Source: Phoronis australis (Eukaryota; Animalia; Phoronida). Taken from it: a stretch of DNA of 64,000 nt. Shown here in pieces: positions 12,216 through 26,732 of this stretch; position 1 is the first letter of the stretch; each line of letters opens with the position of its first letter. Below the pieces are notes generated by a model. It saw only the letters and a list, made by a program, of their open reading frames with translations, made no database searches and was not told the DNA's origin. The stretch lies in contig NMRA01000314.1 in the NCBI GenBank assembly GCA_002633005.1, positions 282,898 through 346,897 on the forward strand, given 5' to 3'. Made by a program: the position numbers and the translations under genes.

Positions 12216-12365
12216 ACATAGTGCCATTGTGATATAGTAAAATGAAGCGCAGTGTCTTAATTTTGTTATTTAAGAACCTTCTATAAACCAAGTGATTTGA
12301 AGCTTTCGTGAACTTTTCCTGCATCTCAAAATGCATTTCTACCCAGTTGATGGACTGTTGGTTAC

Positions 12366-12425
12366 CTTAATTGCTGTACCACCATTCTCAGTAACATGTC
12401 CTTCTGTGGACGGCTGCTGACGGCT
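12366..12425 (-). CDS. TRIO: Trio linker exon, 60 nt (SRQQPSTEGHVTENGGTAIK)
   Basis: Acceptor tttcatatattacag|, donor AAG|gtaacc; phase 0-0 and open. No conserved motif, so support is splice signals and frame only. Confidence 0.7.
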
Positions 12426-14544
12426 CTGTAATATATGAAAATGAGTAATGTATAAGAGGTCAATTCGCTAGTGAACATGGCTGTCATTTGACACAGGGTG
12501 TATTAAGGATAGAGGGTGGGGGCCCGTTCACTGTATCATAACCTCTTGTCAGGGCCATTGACTTTGAACAGTGGCTGTAGCTAAAACTAAACTAGCTGAA
12601 AGTCTGATGTTAAGAAAAAAAATCATAGGGACGGCGACTTGAACAAGCGCAAACTTGTGTGTTCAAAATTAATGATAATCAACCTCATTAAAATTATAGG
12701 CTGCAACATTTAATTAAATTTTAACAAACATAAAGCATACTGGATCGCTAAAATTTCAGCAAGTATTCGCTGTCAGGAGACACTGCTGTTAAATTCAACC
12801 TGAACAAGGAATCTTATTTCTTATGATTGTTAAAAAATAGATAAGATAATATTTCAACGTTCCACTATATTTCATTAGAAGATCGAAAGTTAACAGGACA
12901 TTATTGTCAAGAAAGGTGATTTTCTGAGATCTGAGTCTCACTGCCTAATCTAACCTCACACAGATTATCTTAATAAAAAAACAGCACACATTAATAACTG
13001 GGTCAGTTTCAATAGTTGACATCAAATCATGCCGCACAACCCATCAGTCATTAACTCTGATGCAGACTAAAAAGGACAGCATATGACATGTGTTGTTCAT
13101 CATCTCACAACTCACTTCCTCACACCAATACATTGTTGCTCAATCATACAATACTTCTATGTCTACCTCAGACATAGCTGTAGTCACAGCATAAATGGAA
13201 CATCATTGTCTCAGGTGACGTTTTCAGCCAATCAGTTTCCTTCTAATTACCCCCAGCATACATCCCATCCATTATCTCATTGTCTGTTTCAATCAATGCC
13301 ATTAGCTTGGCACTAACAGAGACCAACTGTAATCTTTGAGTGACATGCAGCCTTGAGGTCAACACAAGCATTAGGTCAATGCAGGCATTAAGGTCGACTT
13401 TTTAATTAAAAACATATTATGCAGAGTGTGTTAAGTCAGGCGAAAACAAGGCATTGAGGTCAAATGATTAAAAACAACTTAAAAGTTACTAGAAAACAAT
13501 ATGGAACTGGTTTTGGTAGAAAAAAGGAATACTGCGCAGGAAGCTCAGTTATTAAATATTTAGTATTTTACAGACTTTTGTTTTTAATTTGTTCTGTAAA
13601 ATTATTGATTTCTATTGTTCAGTCTTCACCACAATTTAAGTGGTCACAGTTCAGTTTACAAAGGAATAGTAAGTGAGTATAGACCTGTTTGGACATCATC
13701 TTTTGGCCCGGTGCAACTGACACAAAGCAAATTGATCAGTGCCAAGCCGTCGATTACACACACGACTCATTAACTGTGGCAAGACAGGAGTTGTAGGCCA
13801 GAGAGTGGAACGCACATGCGCAGGTTTACAAATGGCGGGACTTGCAGAAACAGCGAACCCGTATGTAAGTCTTTGCACAAGCGCAGTAGACATGATACTT
13901 TCCGCCTAAAATGCTCCAGTTTCGCGTTTAGACATATAATTGATGCGCAGCAAGATGATTGAGCCCTAATTCCTCTACCTCACAAACGGGTGGCAAAAGT
14001 TGTCACTGCGGTGTCAATTTGCTCCAGGTCAGTCCTGTTTACACACAAGTCTGCAGCTAGATTTGGTAAATTCACACCAATTTAAGACACAATATGGTAG
14101 ACAAGTGAAATTTTACTCTCTCGTTTTTATGGAAAAGTCACGATGTACCAAAGGAATACTAATTGTGCATATTCAAGCTCTGTACCATAGCTAAGCAAAC
14201 AGGCAATAATATGAAAAATTGTGGTTATTCACCGCACTGTTAGAAGCACTTGAAAAATGAAAACAGCAATTGTGGAAATAAATCTTTATCCAAATAGGGG
14301 AAATTTTAGCATATGCTTGTTTGTTTTTAAATGTCCTCTTCATCTCTAAATACTGAATAAACTTACCCCAAGTATTAAATGGCGGGGCGAAAACCTCTGA
14401 ATTTGAAATGTATCTTTGGCAAATTTACTAATCACGTTACCTACAAAACCTGATCTTACAGCATAGGACGGTTATGTTAAAAATACGAATAGCTGGATGC
14501 TTACCACGCTGAGTTGGCAGCCACTTGACCACGGCCCCCACACT

Positions 14545-15210
14545 ATATGCACAGCCCATTCTATGGTATGTTCACATACACACATTTATTCACAACCCTT
14601 GTACAGCACACACAAACATTCAATGGTGTGTTCAATCACTGGTTCACAACCCTTGTACAGTACACACCACCATTCTATGGTGTGTTTANCACACACACAC
14701 TTGTTCACAACCCTTGAACAGCACACACACAAACATTCTATGGTGTGTTCACTCACTCGTTCACAACCCTTATACAGCACACACAAACATTCTATGGTTG
14801 TGTTCATATACTCGTTCACAACTTCTGCATTGTGCACATAACCACCGTGTGGTGTGTTCAACACACTCGTTCACAAATTGTTGCATTGTGCACCATTCAA
14901 TGGTGTCACACATTTGCTCACAACACTTGCACTTTAAACACCGCCTCTCTATCACTCTTTCAAAACCTTTGCACTGTGCACTGTGTGTTATAGTGTGTTC
15001 ACACTCAGTCATTCACAACCCTTGCACTGTGCATACCACCATGCTATGGTATATTTGCACACCTATGACGTGTTGACACACACTCACTCACAACGATGGC
15101 ACTGTTCATACTGCCATGTCATGGTGTGTTGACACACACTCATTCATAAACCCTTGCACAGCTCATACCCCAATGCACGATGACACAAACTTGCTCTCAC
15201 AGCCCTTTAG
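14545..15210. repeat. Degenerate CA-rich minisatellite of about 55-60 bp (ttcacaacccttgtacagcacacacaaacattctatggtgtg...)
   Basis: About 10-11 diverged copies with a single N at 14689. Source of the His/Thr/Cys-rich spurious ORFs. Confidence 0.85.
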
Positions 15211-16629
15211 CTAACACTACCACCTACTGGTGGATAATTTAGTCATTGAATCTTTAAGTTAAATAATACCTACTCAATGTCCATGCTTCACATTGAATAT
15301 TCAAAACGTGACTCATTTCACGGTATATTTAATAAAATATATAACGAGCAAATTGAGAAGAAATCTTTCACTTAAGCGACATGAACATTTTTACAAACGA
15401 CAAATGAGGTGCGCATGCGCAATTACCGATATTTCCGCCATCTTGAACCGGAAGTCGATGATTTCGGGAAGAATAGTAGTACTTATGCATTTCTACATTT
15501 GTACCAATTTTCAGCCATGTATGTCAAAAATGCGACATCTATAAGTCTTTGAATCTGAAACCGGAAACAAAATGGCCACCATGGCCGCCATCTTGGATCC
15601 GATCATAAATATCAAGATTTAATTCAGCACAAAAGTATTCATAGCAGGGAAGTCTATTAACAGTTTGACAACAGTAACCATAGATTGGAAAGGAGTGATT
15701 GTAATAGCCATCTAACTTCAACTGTTTACAGATGGAAAACCATTAGTGCAGTCAGAGTGGCAGTGTTGATGGATGGGCAGAGTGTAATGTAGTCACCTCC
15801 ACAGAACAGAGCAAGTCTGGCCTACCTCAGCTACCCTAGATCAAGCTGAGGCTGGGGGTATCTTGATTAGTTGACTCATCATAATAAATGACCTGCAACT
15901 TTTTTGTAATTAGACTGTTAAAACAGGTCAAGCAGATAGTTTGCCACGAAATTGTGATAATGTCAAACAGATTGGTATTTTGCCGAGACGTGTCTGTACG
16001 ACTGTATGTCGAAACTCAGTATAACCTGTGGGGAAGATTATACTATTCAAAACTACAGAGAAATGGAGAATTCAGAATAACAAGCTGACTCAATGAAAAC
16101 AACAAGGAGAATAACCAATTAGCTTAAGAGTGTCTCTGCCTGCCATAACAAAATGCATCTTTTCATTTATATCACTAACTGTAACGAAAGGAGAGTTTAT
16201 TGTGTCTGTACACCAGGTTTTACAAGCTGGCTGTCATTGAATGCATCTGCACGATCTCACAGAATAAGGAACTGGCAGATATTTGCAAACCAGCTAAACA
16301 CTTCTAGGCTGGGTTAGGAACATGCTAAGATTAGTTGTATAGCAGACTAAAGTGACATCCACATACAGACTTACACTAGAACAAGTTACCTATAAATTTG
16401 GTTCCTACAGTGTGTTAAGAGCATCGCTCTGACCCACTAGTGTCACAAATTGCCAAATGTAACGAACTGTTAGGCGTATTGGCTTGCTTTTTTCTACGTC
16501 ACTACGAGAATTACCTTTTAATTCTAATAGCTGCGAATAACACCTGCATGCAATGGTGTTCTATTCAGACCCCTATTCCATACCACTGTCATCAGCCTTT
16601 TCTTATTTGTGCTGAGATCTCGCGGTGAC

Positions 16630-19600
16630 GCAACATGGCACGAAAAGGCAGCTTCATTTATCATTTAACGGGCCTGCATTTGCGTGATTGAACTCACATT
16701 TTTTTTAGTTTACTAAGGCTTTGTAAGGACTACCTGGTTTGCCCAAAACATCTAAAATAACAAAATTCCATTGAAGTTAGGCTTTCAGGGCTGCGTAGTA
16801 GTTATTTAAATAAGAGCAACATGCCCCCACTTAGTGACAAATTATCCCACCTTACCAAAATGGGGCAACTAATGTTCCAGGGAAACTTGCGCCACTTGTA
16901 ATCGTTGTGTGGCTGCAAAAGTGGGGTAGGCGGAAGTAATTATCAGTTACCGTTACATTTAAACGGGTTTTCTTTTGCGTGCCTTTTGCGTGCCGTATTC
17001 AAATTAGGTGTTCATTGTTATGCAAAGAGCGACAATTTCCGCCTTACCCTAGTTATTGGATACGTATATGTGGGCAAACTTAACAGAATTTTAAAAGACG
17101 GGCAAAAATTTAGAAAGTTGCTTGAAATAATAATGGCTACTTTCTTAATGTCATTGGCTGGTGGGCTGTCACTCAAATAGATCGATCAACATTAATTTCA
17201 GAGATAAGAAATTAACTGCACTATAAGAGCTTTATTAGCGCAGTGACTGCCTCGGGATGCTCGTCGGACTTACCAGCAGCAGTGTTAGAAATCTCAACAA
17301 ACCTTTGATTGTAAATGATTATGATGACTCCGATTGGTTGTTTCTTTTTCAATTCTCAATTAGACAAACACTATTGGTTAAGTTTCCATGCATTTCTCAT
17401 TGTCAACTGACAATCTAAAATTGAACTCGTATCATGACCTAATAAGGAGTTTCATTGGCTGACCCGTCGTGTTTTGAGTCAATTATTCACAAATCTGCAG
17501 AATTTTTAGTACCAACTTTTAAATATTTGTAAGATGCGATGGGAATCAACGTAACAGAATTCTTATCCACTCAAACAGTCAGAAAAATGAAAACTTGAAA
17601 ATTGGGATCATTTTGAGCATCCAGTTGGATATAATGTGCCCACATTTTGAGAACGCGAGTTCAATGTCCATTATTAAGTGGCTAAAACTGATTCTCAAAC
17701 TGTATTATATTTGACTATTACTTCAAGAATGGGCTTGGGATAAAGACGTGAAAGAACAGAATTTGTTCACATGAAGTTAGATGATAATGGAGACATTGAA
17801 CAATCCACTGATCACCTGTTGTCCCTCACTGTCAAAACGCACCCCACTTACATAGTAGGTACTCAAGAGGCCATGTTGGATCCTACATCATTCCAATCCA
17901 CTTAAATAGCTGGACCCCCTCTGAAGCTGAGGGGGTCTGGGAGGACAGATCTAATGACATCACTCCACCCACTCAATCCACTTACACTATTGGCACAGCC
18001 CTGTGACACCAGTGGGCTCTGGAGGATAGTCTTCTCAAACTTAGCTTGCCTTGATGATGAACATCCAACACAGGTAAACAAGTTCCTGACACTACTCTTA
18101 AAGCTACCAGGCATCCTAGTCACCATGACGATTCACAACCCTAGCCAACAGGACATGCACTACAGATATACAAGACTAGGCCAGCTTCTCCACCATCAGC
18201 TATCATTATCACATAGATACACAACTGCAGTATTGTGCTGGAAATCATACTGTCCAATGTGTACAGAGAGTCACTCCAGTATTCAACATGTATTCAACAC
18301 TAGACATATGTTCCTTGCAGCTGTGAACCTATCAAGCCCATTGGTGGCTGAGGTAACACAAATCTCTGCCCAGAGCACACAATAATCTGCTTGCCCTCAA
18401 CTCTGATACAACACAGGTCTGCATCTACGTCGGTGTCGCAAATATCTTGCCTCGCCAGCATCTGCCCTCGTACTCAAAGCGTGAACTACACATCGATAAT
18501 TAATACAAATACGTGTATAGTTTATTCTGTTGCCTGTATGCAAGCATGTATAATCTTCATACCAGGGTCAGGTCCATTTCACCAGATCTTTACTATTCCT
18601 GCCCTCAGCCTGGGTCCTCTCTTCATACTCTGCACAGCTGCCATTCAATCAAACACTAGCCACAATGGCAATGCATAATCAGCCTGTTACATCAATCCAT
18701 AAACTGTTATTAACACACTTGCCCAGACTGGACACCCAGGTTGTACAACAAACAGTCTGTATGCAGTCTTATTAATAATCCACTCACTACTACACAAGCA
18801 TGGGCTGCAGGGACAGTATTGGTAATGAGATGAGCCCNGCAACATGGCACGAAAAGGCAGCTTTACTTATCATTTGACGGGCTTACATTTGCGTGATGGA
18901 ACTAAAGTTTTTTTATTTTACTAAGGCTTTGCAAGGACTATCTGGTTTGCCCAAAACATCTAAAATAACAAAATTCCATTGAAGTTAGGCTTTCAGGGCT
19001 GCGTAGTAGTTATTTAAATTAGAGCAACATGCCCCCACTTAGTGACAAATTATCCCACCATACCAAAATGGGGCAACTAATGTTTCAGGGAAACTTGTGC
19101 CACTTGTAACCGTTGTGTGGCTGCAAAAGTGGGGTAGGCGGAAGTAATTATCAACTGCAGTTACATTCAGACGGGTTTTCTTTTATGTGCCGTATTCACA
19201 TTAGGTGTTCATTGTCATGCAAAGAGCGACAATTTCCGCCTTACCCCAGTTATCGGATATGTATATGTGGGCAAACTTAACAGAATTTTAAAAGACGGGC
19301 AAAAATTTAGAAAGTTGCTTGAAATAATAATGGCTACTTTCTTAATGTCATTGGCTGGTGGGCTGTCACTTAAATAGATCGATCAACATTAATTTCAGAG
19401 ATAAGAAATTAACTGCACTATAAGAGCTTTATTAGCGCAGTGACTGCCTCGGGATGCTCGTAGGACTTACCAGCAGCAGTGTTAGAAATCTCAACAAACC
19501 TTTGATTGTAAACGATTATGATGACTCTGATTGGTTGTTTCTTTTTCAATTCTCAATTAGACAAACACTATTGGTTAAGTTTCCGTGCATTTCCCATTGT

Positions 19601-21023
19601 CAACTGACAATCTAAAATTGAACTCTTATCATGACCTAATAAGGAGTTTCATTGGCTGACCCGTCGTGTTTTGAGTCAATTATTCACAAATCTGCAGAAT
19701 ATAACCTACCAACTTTTAAATATTTGTAAGATGCGATGGGAATCAACGTAACAGAATTCTTATCCGCTCAAACAGTCAGAAAAATGAAAACTTGAAAATT
19801 GGGATCATTTTGAGCACCCAGTTGGATATGATGTGCCCACATTTTGAGAACGCGAGTTCAATGTCCATTATTAAGTGGCTAAAACTGATTCTCAAACTGT
19901 ATTATTTTCGACTATTACTTCAAGAATGGGCTTGGGATAAAGACGTGAAAGAACAGAATTTGTTCACATGAAGTTAGATGATAATGGAGACATTGAACAA
20001 TCCACTGATCACCTGTTGTCCCTCACTGTCAAAACGCACCCCACTTACATCAGTAGGTACTCAAGAGGCCATGTTGGATCCTACATCATTCCAATCCACT
20101 TAAATAGCTGGACCCCCTCTGAAGCTGAGGGGGTCTGGGAGGACAGATCTAATGACATCACTCCACCCAATCCACTTACACTATTGGCACAGCCCTGTGA
20201 CACCAGTGGGCTCTGGAGGATAGTCTTCTCAAACTTAGCTTGCCTTGATGATGAACATCCAACACAGGTAAACAAGTCCCTGACACTACTCTTGAAGCTA
20301 CCAGGCATCCTAGTCACCATGACGATTCACAACCCTAGCCAACAGGACATGCACTACAGATATACAAGTCTAGGCCAGCTTCTCCACCATCAGCTATCAT
20401 TATCACATAGATATACAACTGTGCTGGAAATCATACTGTCCAATGTGTACAGAGAGTCACTCCAGTATTCAACATGTATTCAACACTAGACATATGTTCC
20501 TTGCAGCTGTGAACCTATCAAGCCCATTGGTGGCTGAGGTAACACAAATCTCTGCCCAGAGCACACAATAATCTGCTTGCCCTCAACTCTGATACAACAC
20601 AGGTCTGCATCTACGTCGGTGTCGCAAATATCTTGCCTCGCCAGCATCTGCCCTCGTACTCGAAGTGTGAACTACACATCGATAATTAATACAAATACGT
20701 ATATAGTTTATTCCGTTGCCTGTATGCAAGCATGTATAATCTTCATACCAGGGTCAGGTCCATTTCACCAGATCTTTACTATTCCTGCCCTCAGCCTGGG
20801 TCCTCTCTTCATACTCTGCACAGCTGCCATTCAATCAAACACTAGCCACAATGGCAATGCATAATCAGCCTGTTACATCAATCCATAAACTGTTATTAAC
20901 ACACTTGCCCAGACTGGACACCCAGGTTGTACAACAAACAGTCTGTATGCAGTCTTATTAATAATCCACTCACTACTACACAAGCATGGGCTGCAGGGAC
21001 AGTATTGGTAATGAGATGAGCCC
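16630..21023. repeat. Near-identical tandem duplication of about 2.2 kb (16630-18837 and 18839-21023) joined by a single N
   Basis: Both copies start gcaacatggcacgaaaaggcagc and end ggtaatgagatgagccc, with scattered SNPs and small indels; N at 18838. Confidence 0.95.
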
Positions 21024-22936
21024 AGACTATATCAATATACACTGTGGACATAGAGAGAGAACAACCTACACTTGACTGCACAAACCGCACTCTCACAACA
21101 CACAGGCCAGTTGAATTATTCATGTTTGGCTGGCTTGTGCGAGCATGGAGACTAGCGCGACCACTGATTACACAGATAGGCATAACAATACAGGAAATTA
21201 ATCAGACAACTTCTATGCACTAACAGCCTCAATTCTTAGTCAAGGAAATTGGAAATTGGAAAAGTTCCACAAACTGTATTAGACTCCAGTGTGCAATAAG
21301 TCATAATAAAGTACCGGTACCGCACTGCTCTTACACTCAGATTGTAATAAAAATTTAAAAACGATGCTAATGCTTACGATAGTTTGTCTATTTGAAATTG
21401 CTCCCGTCTATCTGCTGGGTTGACAATTGCTGTGTATACAGCTGGTGCAAAAAGGTAAGAAATACGACAAAATCCTATCTCTGTAGGCCTGCGGATGAAC
21501 CGTGATCTTGTAACAACGATTGGCATGTTTTAAGTTATTTACCATCAGGTGGTTATGATTGATTTCATTAACAGATTGACATAATTGGCACACTACACTA
21601 GTCAGTAATGGACACGTAACAGCAGATATGTGCATCTGTCTGTATTGAGATGGAAGTCCGCCTCACTCTTCCATGTTTCACAATCTCACACACGCTTCAA
21701 CAGATCAATAATTCCACACAGAAATTATAATTTTGTCGACTAGGGAAAACCGTTTCCGAGAACACTGACAACAAACATGCTCGCTACTGAGGAAGGAAAA
21801 ACACAAAGTCAGGTGACGTCCTACATAGTCACGCACCGCTGCCCAAATGCAATTTAACAAATGGCACCTCTTGAACTAAACTTAAATCATAATCCAGTGT
21901 AACTCCAAATATTCTTAAATGCAAGTAGCAACCACTCTCTCTCTATGATTGGATGGCACTATGATTAATTAAACATATAAAAAATTAACAGCAACAGTAG
22001 TAGGCCTATTAAGAATCCCTCTATCAGTATGGATTAAAGTGCATAATCTGTCAAGTAAGCGTACGAGTAAGAATTTTGTTTTAGTGAACTTCCTTTTAGC
22101 GTCTTGATAAAATCACAATGCAACTGCAATTCACTGTAGCCATACTGAAGCTGAGATGCGACTGATTTCAAGGTCAGCCTTAAATGAAATCAATGGCTCA
22201 GTAATCCTGGGGGAATAGCTTGCTAATGAGTAGTGGGGCTTCTCTCCACCAGAAATAATAAGGTGAAACAAGTTGACATGAGACTGATAAGGGAAAGATG
22301 AGTTTTGAATAGCTTGCACTTGGCTATCTTGCATGTGACATATTGAGAATGCTCATTTCGTTGTAAACTACCTCTATAGCACTAAAACAATGGAGAAAAT
22401 TGGAGTCTAATATCATTTGTTAGAGAGATTGTTTCCTGATCAAGAGGCTTTTAATTAGGCCCAACAAATCGGACTGCTCTGCAACTTTTCAATGTTTGTC
22501 AGTACAACTAGAGAACTGACTTCAAAGAATACCACTGACAGGGATATGACTAATGACCAACAACAAAGAGCATTTAACAGTAGACAGAAATCCTGCCTGC
22601 AGTGTACCCCAATAGTAGGGCCCCTGCATTCTCAGGGCCCTGCACACACAAGTCCACTTTCACAACATGCAAACATCAGCTTTTGCTGCACATTAATAAG
22701 TGCTAAATTCCATTACTATGCCGACAGATTGCAAAAAACTGTTGGGCCAACAACTTATAATTTCATATACCGTTACAGTCTGGACACATAATTGTTGATG
22801 TTCGGGTGCATAGGCACTCTAAATTTGTTCAAACTTACAAAATACAAACTTTCAAGAGGTGGACCCGTTAAGTCACCCACACACCCAACACTTCATAACC
22901 ACATGGGCACATCCTAGCATTGATCATGTGACTTAC

Positions 22937-23014
22937 CTCCAACGGTGAGGCCATATTGAGGCTCATCCGTACAAACCAAGATAGGTTGTTGCACCACTGG
23001 GTCGTTGAGCTCAT
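22937..23014 (-). CDS. Candidate alternative first coding exon (MSSTTQWCNNLSWFVRMSLNMASPLE)
   Basis: In-frame upstream TGA, cacaATGA start, 26 codons, consensus donor GAG|gtaagt in phase 0 matching the acceptors at 12425 and 11480. Confidence 0.4.
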
Positions 23015-26000
23015 TGTGATATTGTCAGGTGATGGCGTCAACAAAGTTAAATCACAGATGTCTCACCAAAACAACAAATCGGCTTCCATTGTTACTAGAA
23101 TACTCCTGTAATATATGGGCGAGTCAACATGGCACCATCCTTGCCACTACATTGCTCCACCAGGGGGTGCATCCAACATGTCCAGTAAGAATAAGATCCG
23201 ATTAGCAAACAGACTCGCCTTAACTGTAATCACTGTTAATCCTGGCTAGAAAACATCAAGACAGAATAATGCATCAGGGCAATAATAAACGCTCCCAGAT
23301 TTAAGCATTCATTTTCCAAGCTGGAAGAAAGCTAACATTAATCCCAGTCCATCAGACAGTAGCCCAGCCAACCATGACCAGCATCTAATTATGGCTAATA
23401 CCATCTGTTTACAGGAGTCTGACTCCTCAGGTAAATAAGAGTCTGCTGGCTATATTGCCCAGCAAACAGTGGCTAGAACCATATAAAGTCACAGTTAGGC
23501 AATAAAGACAGTCACTTATGGAATATTGAGGGTTACTACAAGCTTTAACCTTCTACACTAATAGGTATACCACACTAGATCATTTAAAAGAGCCAGTTAA
23601 ATGTGTTGGGCAGAAACACCAACAGTAGAACATGGACCACCCTAAAGATTCTCGCCCATGTGTAAATGGCCAACCAGCACCAGCTCGGAACACCACAATT
23701 CCAAAAGATATCCCCTTAATGGCTACATAAATATCCAATTAGACTGAAATACTGACCTCATATTGTCAAGACTTTCAGGCTGCCAACCTACAGGTCTCAC
23801 CCAAGTAGGGTTGTCGACTGAACACCACAGCATAAACCCCAGTGTCATAGACACAATGTTGATGCTACAACACAAGAAATCCATCTTGCTTTCGAGAACA
23901 AACCCTAGGTGCTCAACTATACAACTGTAATTCTCCACAGCATACCATGAGTAAGGGTGCTAACAACAACAACAACAACAGATTCTAACAGAACACCAAC
24001 CGGGAATCAACCCTTCAGCCACAATCACTGTTCCTCAACTATGAACCAATACGAACCAGCAATTTAAGAACATCACCAGGGACTTAAAACGTATACCACC
24101 TGGGACTCTTGAGTAACAGCTAGAGTTCCTCAAATTTTAGGGTCAGGGAGCCAGCTACAGAGCACTCACCATTCACCAATAGGCTCTAGAAACTCCAGTA
24201 TGTATCACAGCCTTATACTATGCCAACAGTACCTTGCAAGAAGTCCAACTACACAGCTACCAATGAGATTACTCAGCACCATTAACCAGCACCAACTGCT
24301 GCCAGCAGTGGTTACCTAATTGGAGTAGGAACTACACAGCTGACCACAGATTTTCATAGACAGTCAATGGATGTACTCAACAGTACTGATGGAACACTTC
24401 CTGTTGGAGAAGAACAGTATGATACATCAAGGCTAGCTTATTACAGCCTGTCAAAATCTCTGGATAGTATGCTGCCCTGCTCCAAAAACAAAATGGAACC
24501 AGTCAACTAACTGATGCAATGAAGCAAACTCCACTGCATATAGTCACAACAGGGATTATTAAGCAACAGAATAGTCAGTAACATTTCTGCAAAATGTTAT
24601 CTATCCAGACCAGTAACCATGGTGACCTGTTTTGGGTCACGTATTATTTCACCATAAGTAGGACAGTTTAACAAAACCTCACCATGAAGAAACCATCCCT
24701 CCACAAAAACAAATTGCAGCCAAATTCAACAAACACCAAGTTTAATTTAACAAAAGAAGTGTGCCGGATCACTAGGTGGTGTAAGATAAACAATACTGCA
24801 GGGCTCAATCCTCCAACTGTCAAGCCTGGTGAGACACTTAGACACTTCCTGAGATGGTCAAGTGCCAGTCATTACTACTGTCTCTCCAGCTCACTAACGA
24901 ACAGTACCTTGAGACAGTTGCCATGACAATCCCCTTGTACTTGGTTTCACTGATATCAGCTGACATTCATAAATCTGTTCACTACTTGAATCACAACATT
25001 CCAGATAAAAGCTAGGTAATGTAAACACAAGACACAGTGCTAATAAACAATGCCAAGCATGACTGACAAGTGTCTACTGTAAATAGTGTGATAGTCAAGG
25101 TAGTAATGGTTGCCATGGGACAATCCTTCACACCCTGCCATACACTTTTCCTGATTCAGTCAAGACACACATGTGCTGCCAACAGGACCCTATGATTCCC
25201 AGGTGAACACAGTCAAGACATACCTGTCTGCTGGCCACAGAAGCATATGATTCCCAGATAAACTAAGTGAAGAATCTATCACTACAGTTGTGAAATAGCA
25301 GTTGTCTCAGGCTGCTTCAAGTAACCTAGAAATGCCGAGGTCAGCAATTTCCAAAGAACACATTCAAATTCCAAGAACAAGCGGGAGTGCAAACATTAAA
25401 ACAAGAGGGTTGCTTTGCAAAATTTATAAAGACTCTAAGCCACCACCACAGACTACAGTCAATGGAACAATACACAAACTGCCAGACAAGGGACAAAAAA
25501 TCCACCAGACCAAATCCCAGGACACTATCTGTCAAAACTAAGGCAAAAACGGGAACTCAATGATACTTAAATGTCACTTAATATACCATGATGGCACAAA
25601 GAGAAATTCAGGTAAGACTACCATGATTGAAGAGTTTGGTACAACGTACCAGCCACCTTCAACCAATTATTTAACAAGCATACCCTCATTACAGGTAGAT
25701 ATTACGCGCAATGATTGACCAAACCTTCAGTAGTAAATTGTATTTCACTGCTACAACCTTGTCAACACCAGTCTCCAGTAGAGTGCGGTACTTGAGTAGT
25801 GTAGCCCACGACAGGAATAGATAGAACTAAGAACAAGTGACCTTCCTAGGCAAACAAATCAATAACCAGTCTCTACCCAGTCAGCCTAAGACACAAATGA
25901 CGCACATCACGGCATGTTTGCAAAAGATCATTTAGATTTAATTTTCTGTCAATTGAGGTTCAGCCGCCGTGAATGTAAAAGATTTTCGAAGATGAGGTGG

Positions 26001-26518
26001 TATACCAAAGTGGCTCTCGATTACAGGAAACATAGGAGTCATCTCTGGTACATATAGGTAGTTACCACTCATTAGCCAGCGTAAACCAGTCAAAAGTGTC
26101 AACATTTTTTCTCACAATGTACGTATAATATCTAAGGTGACCCCTAATACTTCACAGGTTGAAAAGTTCAATTAGTTTGGTAGATAGCTTGGCTAATTTG
26201 GGAAAATACGACACTTATGGATTGAACTTGGTGACATGACACACCCACGGCGCTAGATAGATACAAATGGTCAGTTCCAAATATAGTTCTTACAAAAAAC
26301 TGTAGATTATGGTGCAGTGACTCCCTGATGAAGGAAGTTCAGCATCAGTCATCGTAGTAGCAACAGCATCGTTGCCAAGATCCATCGCTACCATAACAAA
26401 GCACAGCACAGCACAGCACAACACAGCACCATCAAACATTTTACAAATCAATTGTCAATCAACAAAAACAACTTCCACTCCATATAAAAACAAATTGCAA
26501 GAAGTTACGCCAAAATTG

Positions 26519-26732
26519 CATCTACTGGGCACTGAGGTGCTGATATGCCCTTTGGATACTACATCTACTGGGTACTGAGGTGCTGATAATGTCCTTTGGA
26601 TACTGCATCCACTGGGCACTGAGGCGCTGAAATGCCTTCTGGTTACTACATCTACTAGGCACTAAGGTGCCGATATGCCTTTTGGATACTACATCTACTG
26701 GGCACTGGGGTGCTGATAATGTCCTTTGGATA
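26519..26732. repeat. 43-44-bp minisatellite (catctactgggcactgaggtgctgatatgccctttggatacta), about 5 copies
   Basis: Directly visible. Confidence 0.9.

Noticed and set aside
14497-15076. 183-aa and overlapping His/Cys/Thr-rich ORFs
   Set aside because: They are translations of a CA-rich minisatellite, open in several frames on both strands.
17954-20864. Duplicated 143/173-aa and 95-aa ORFs as a tandem gene pair
   Set aside because: The copies differ by frameshifting indels, have no recognisable domain, and lie in a likely haplotype-duplication artefact.
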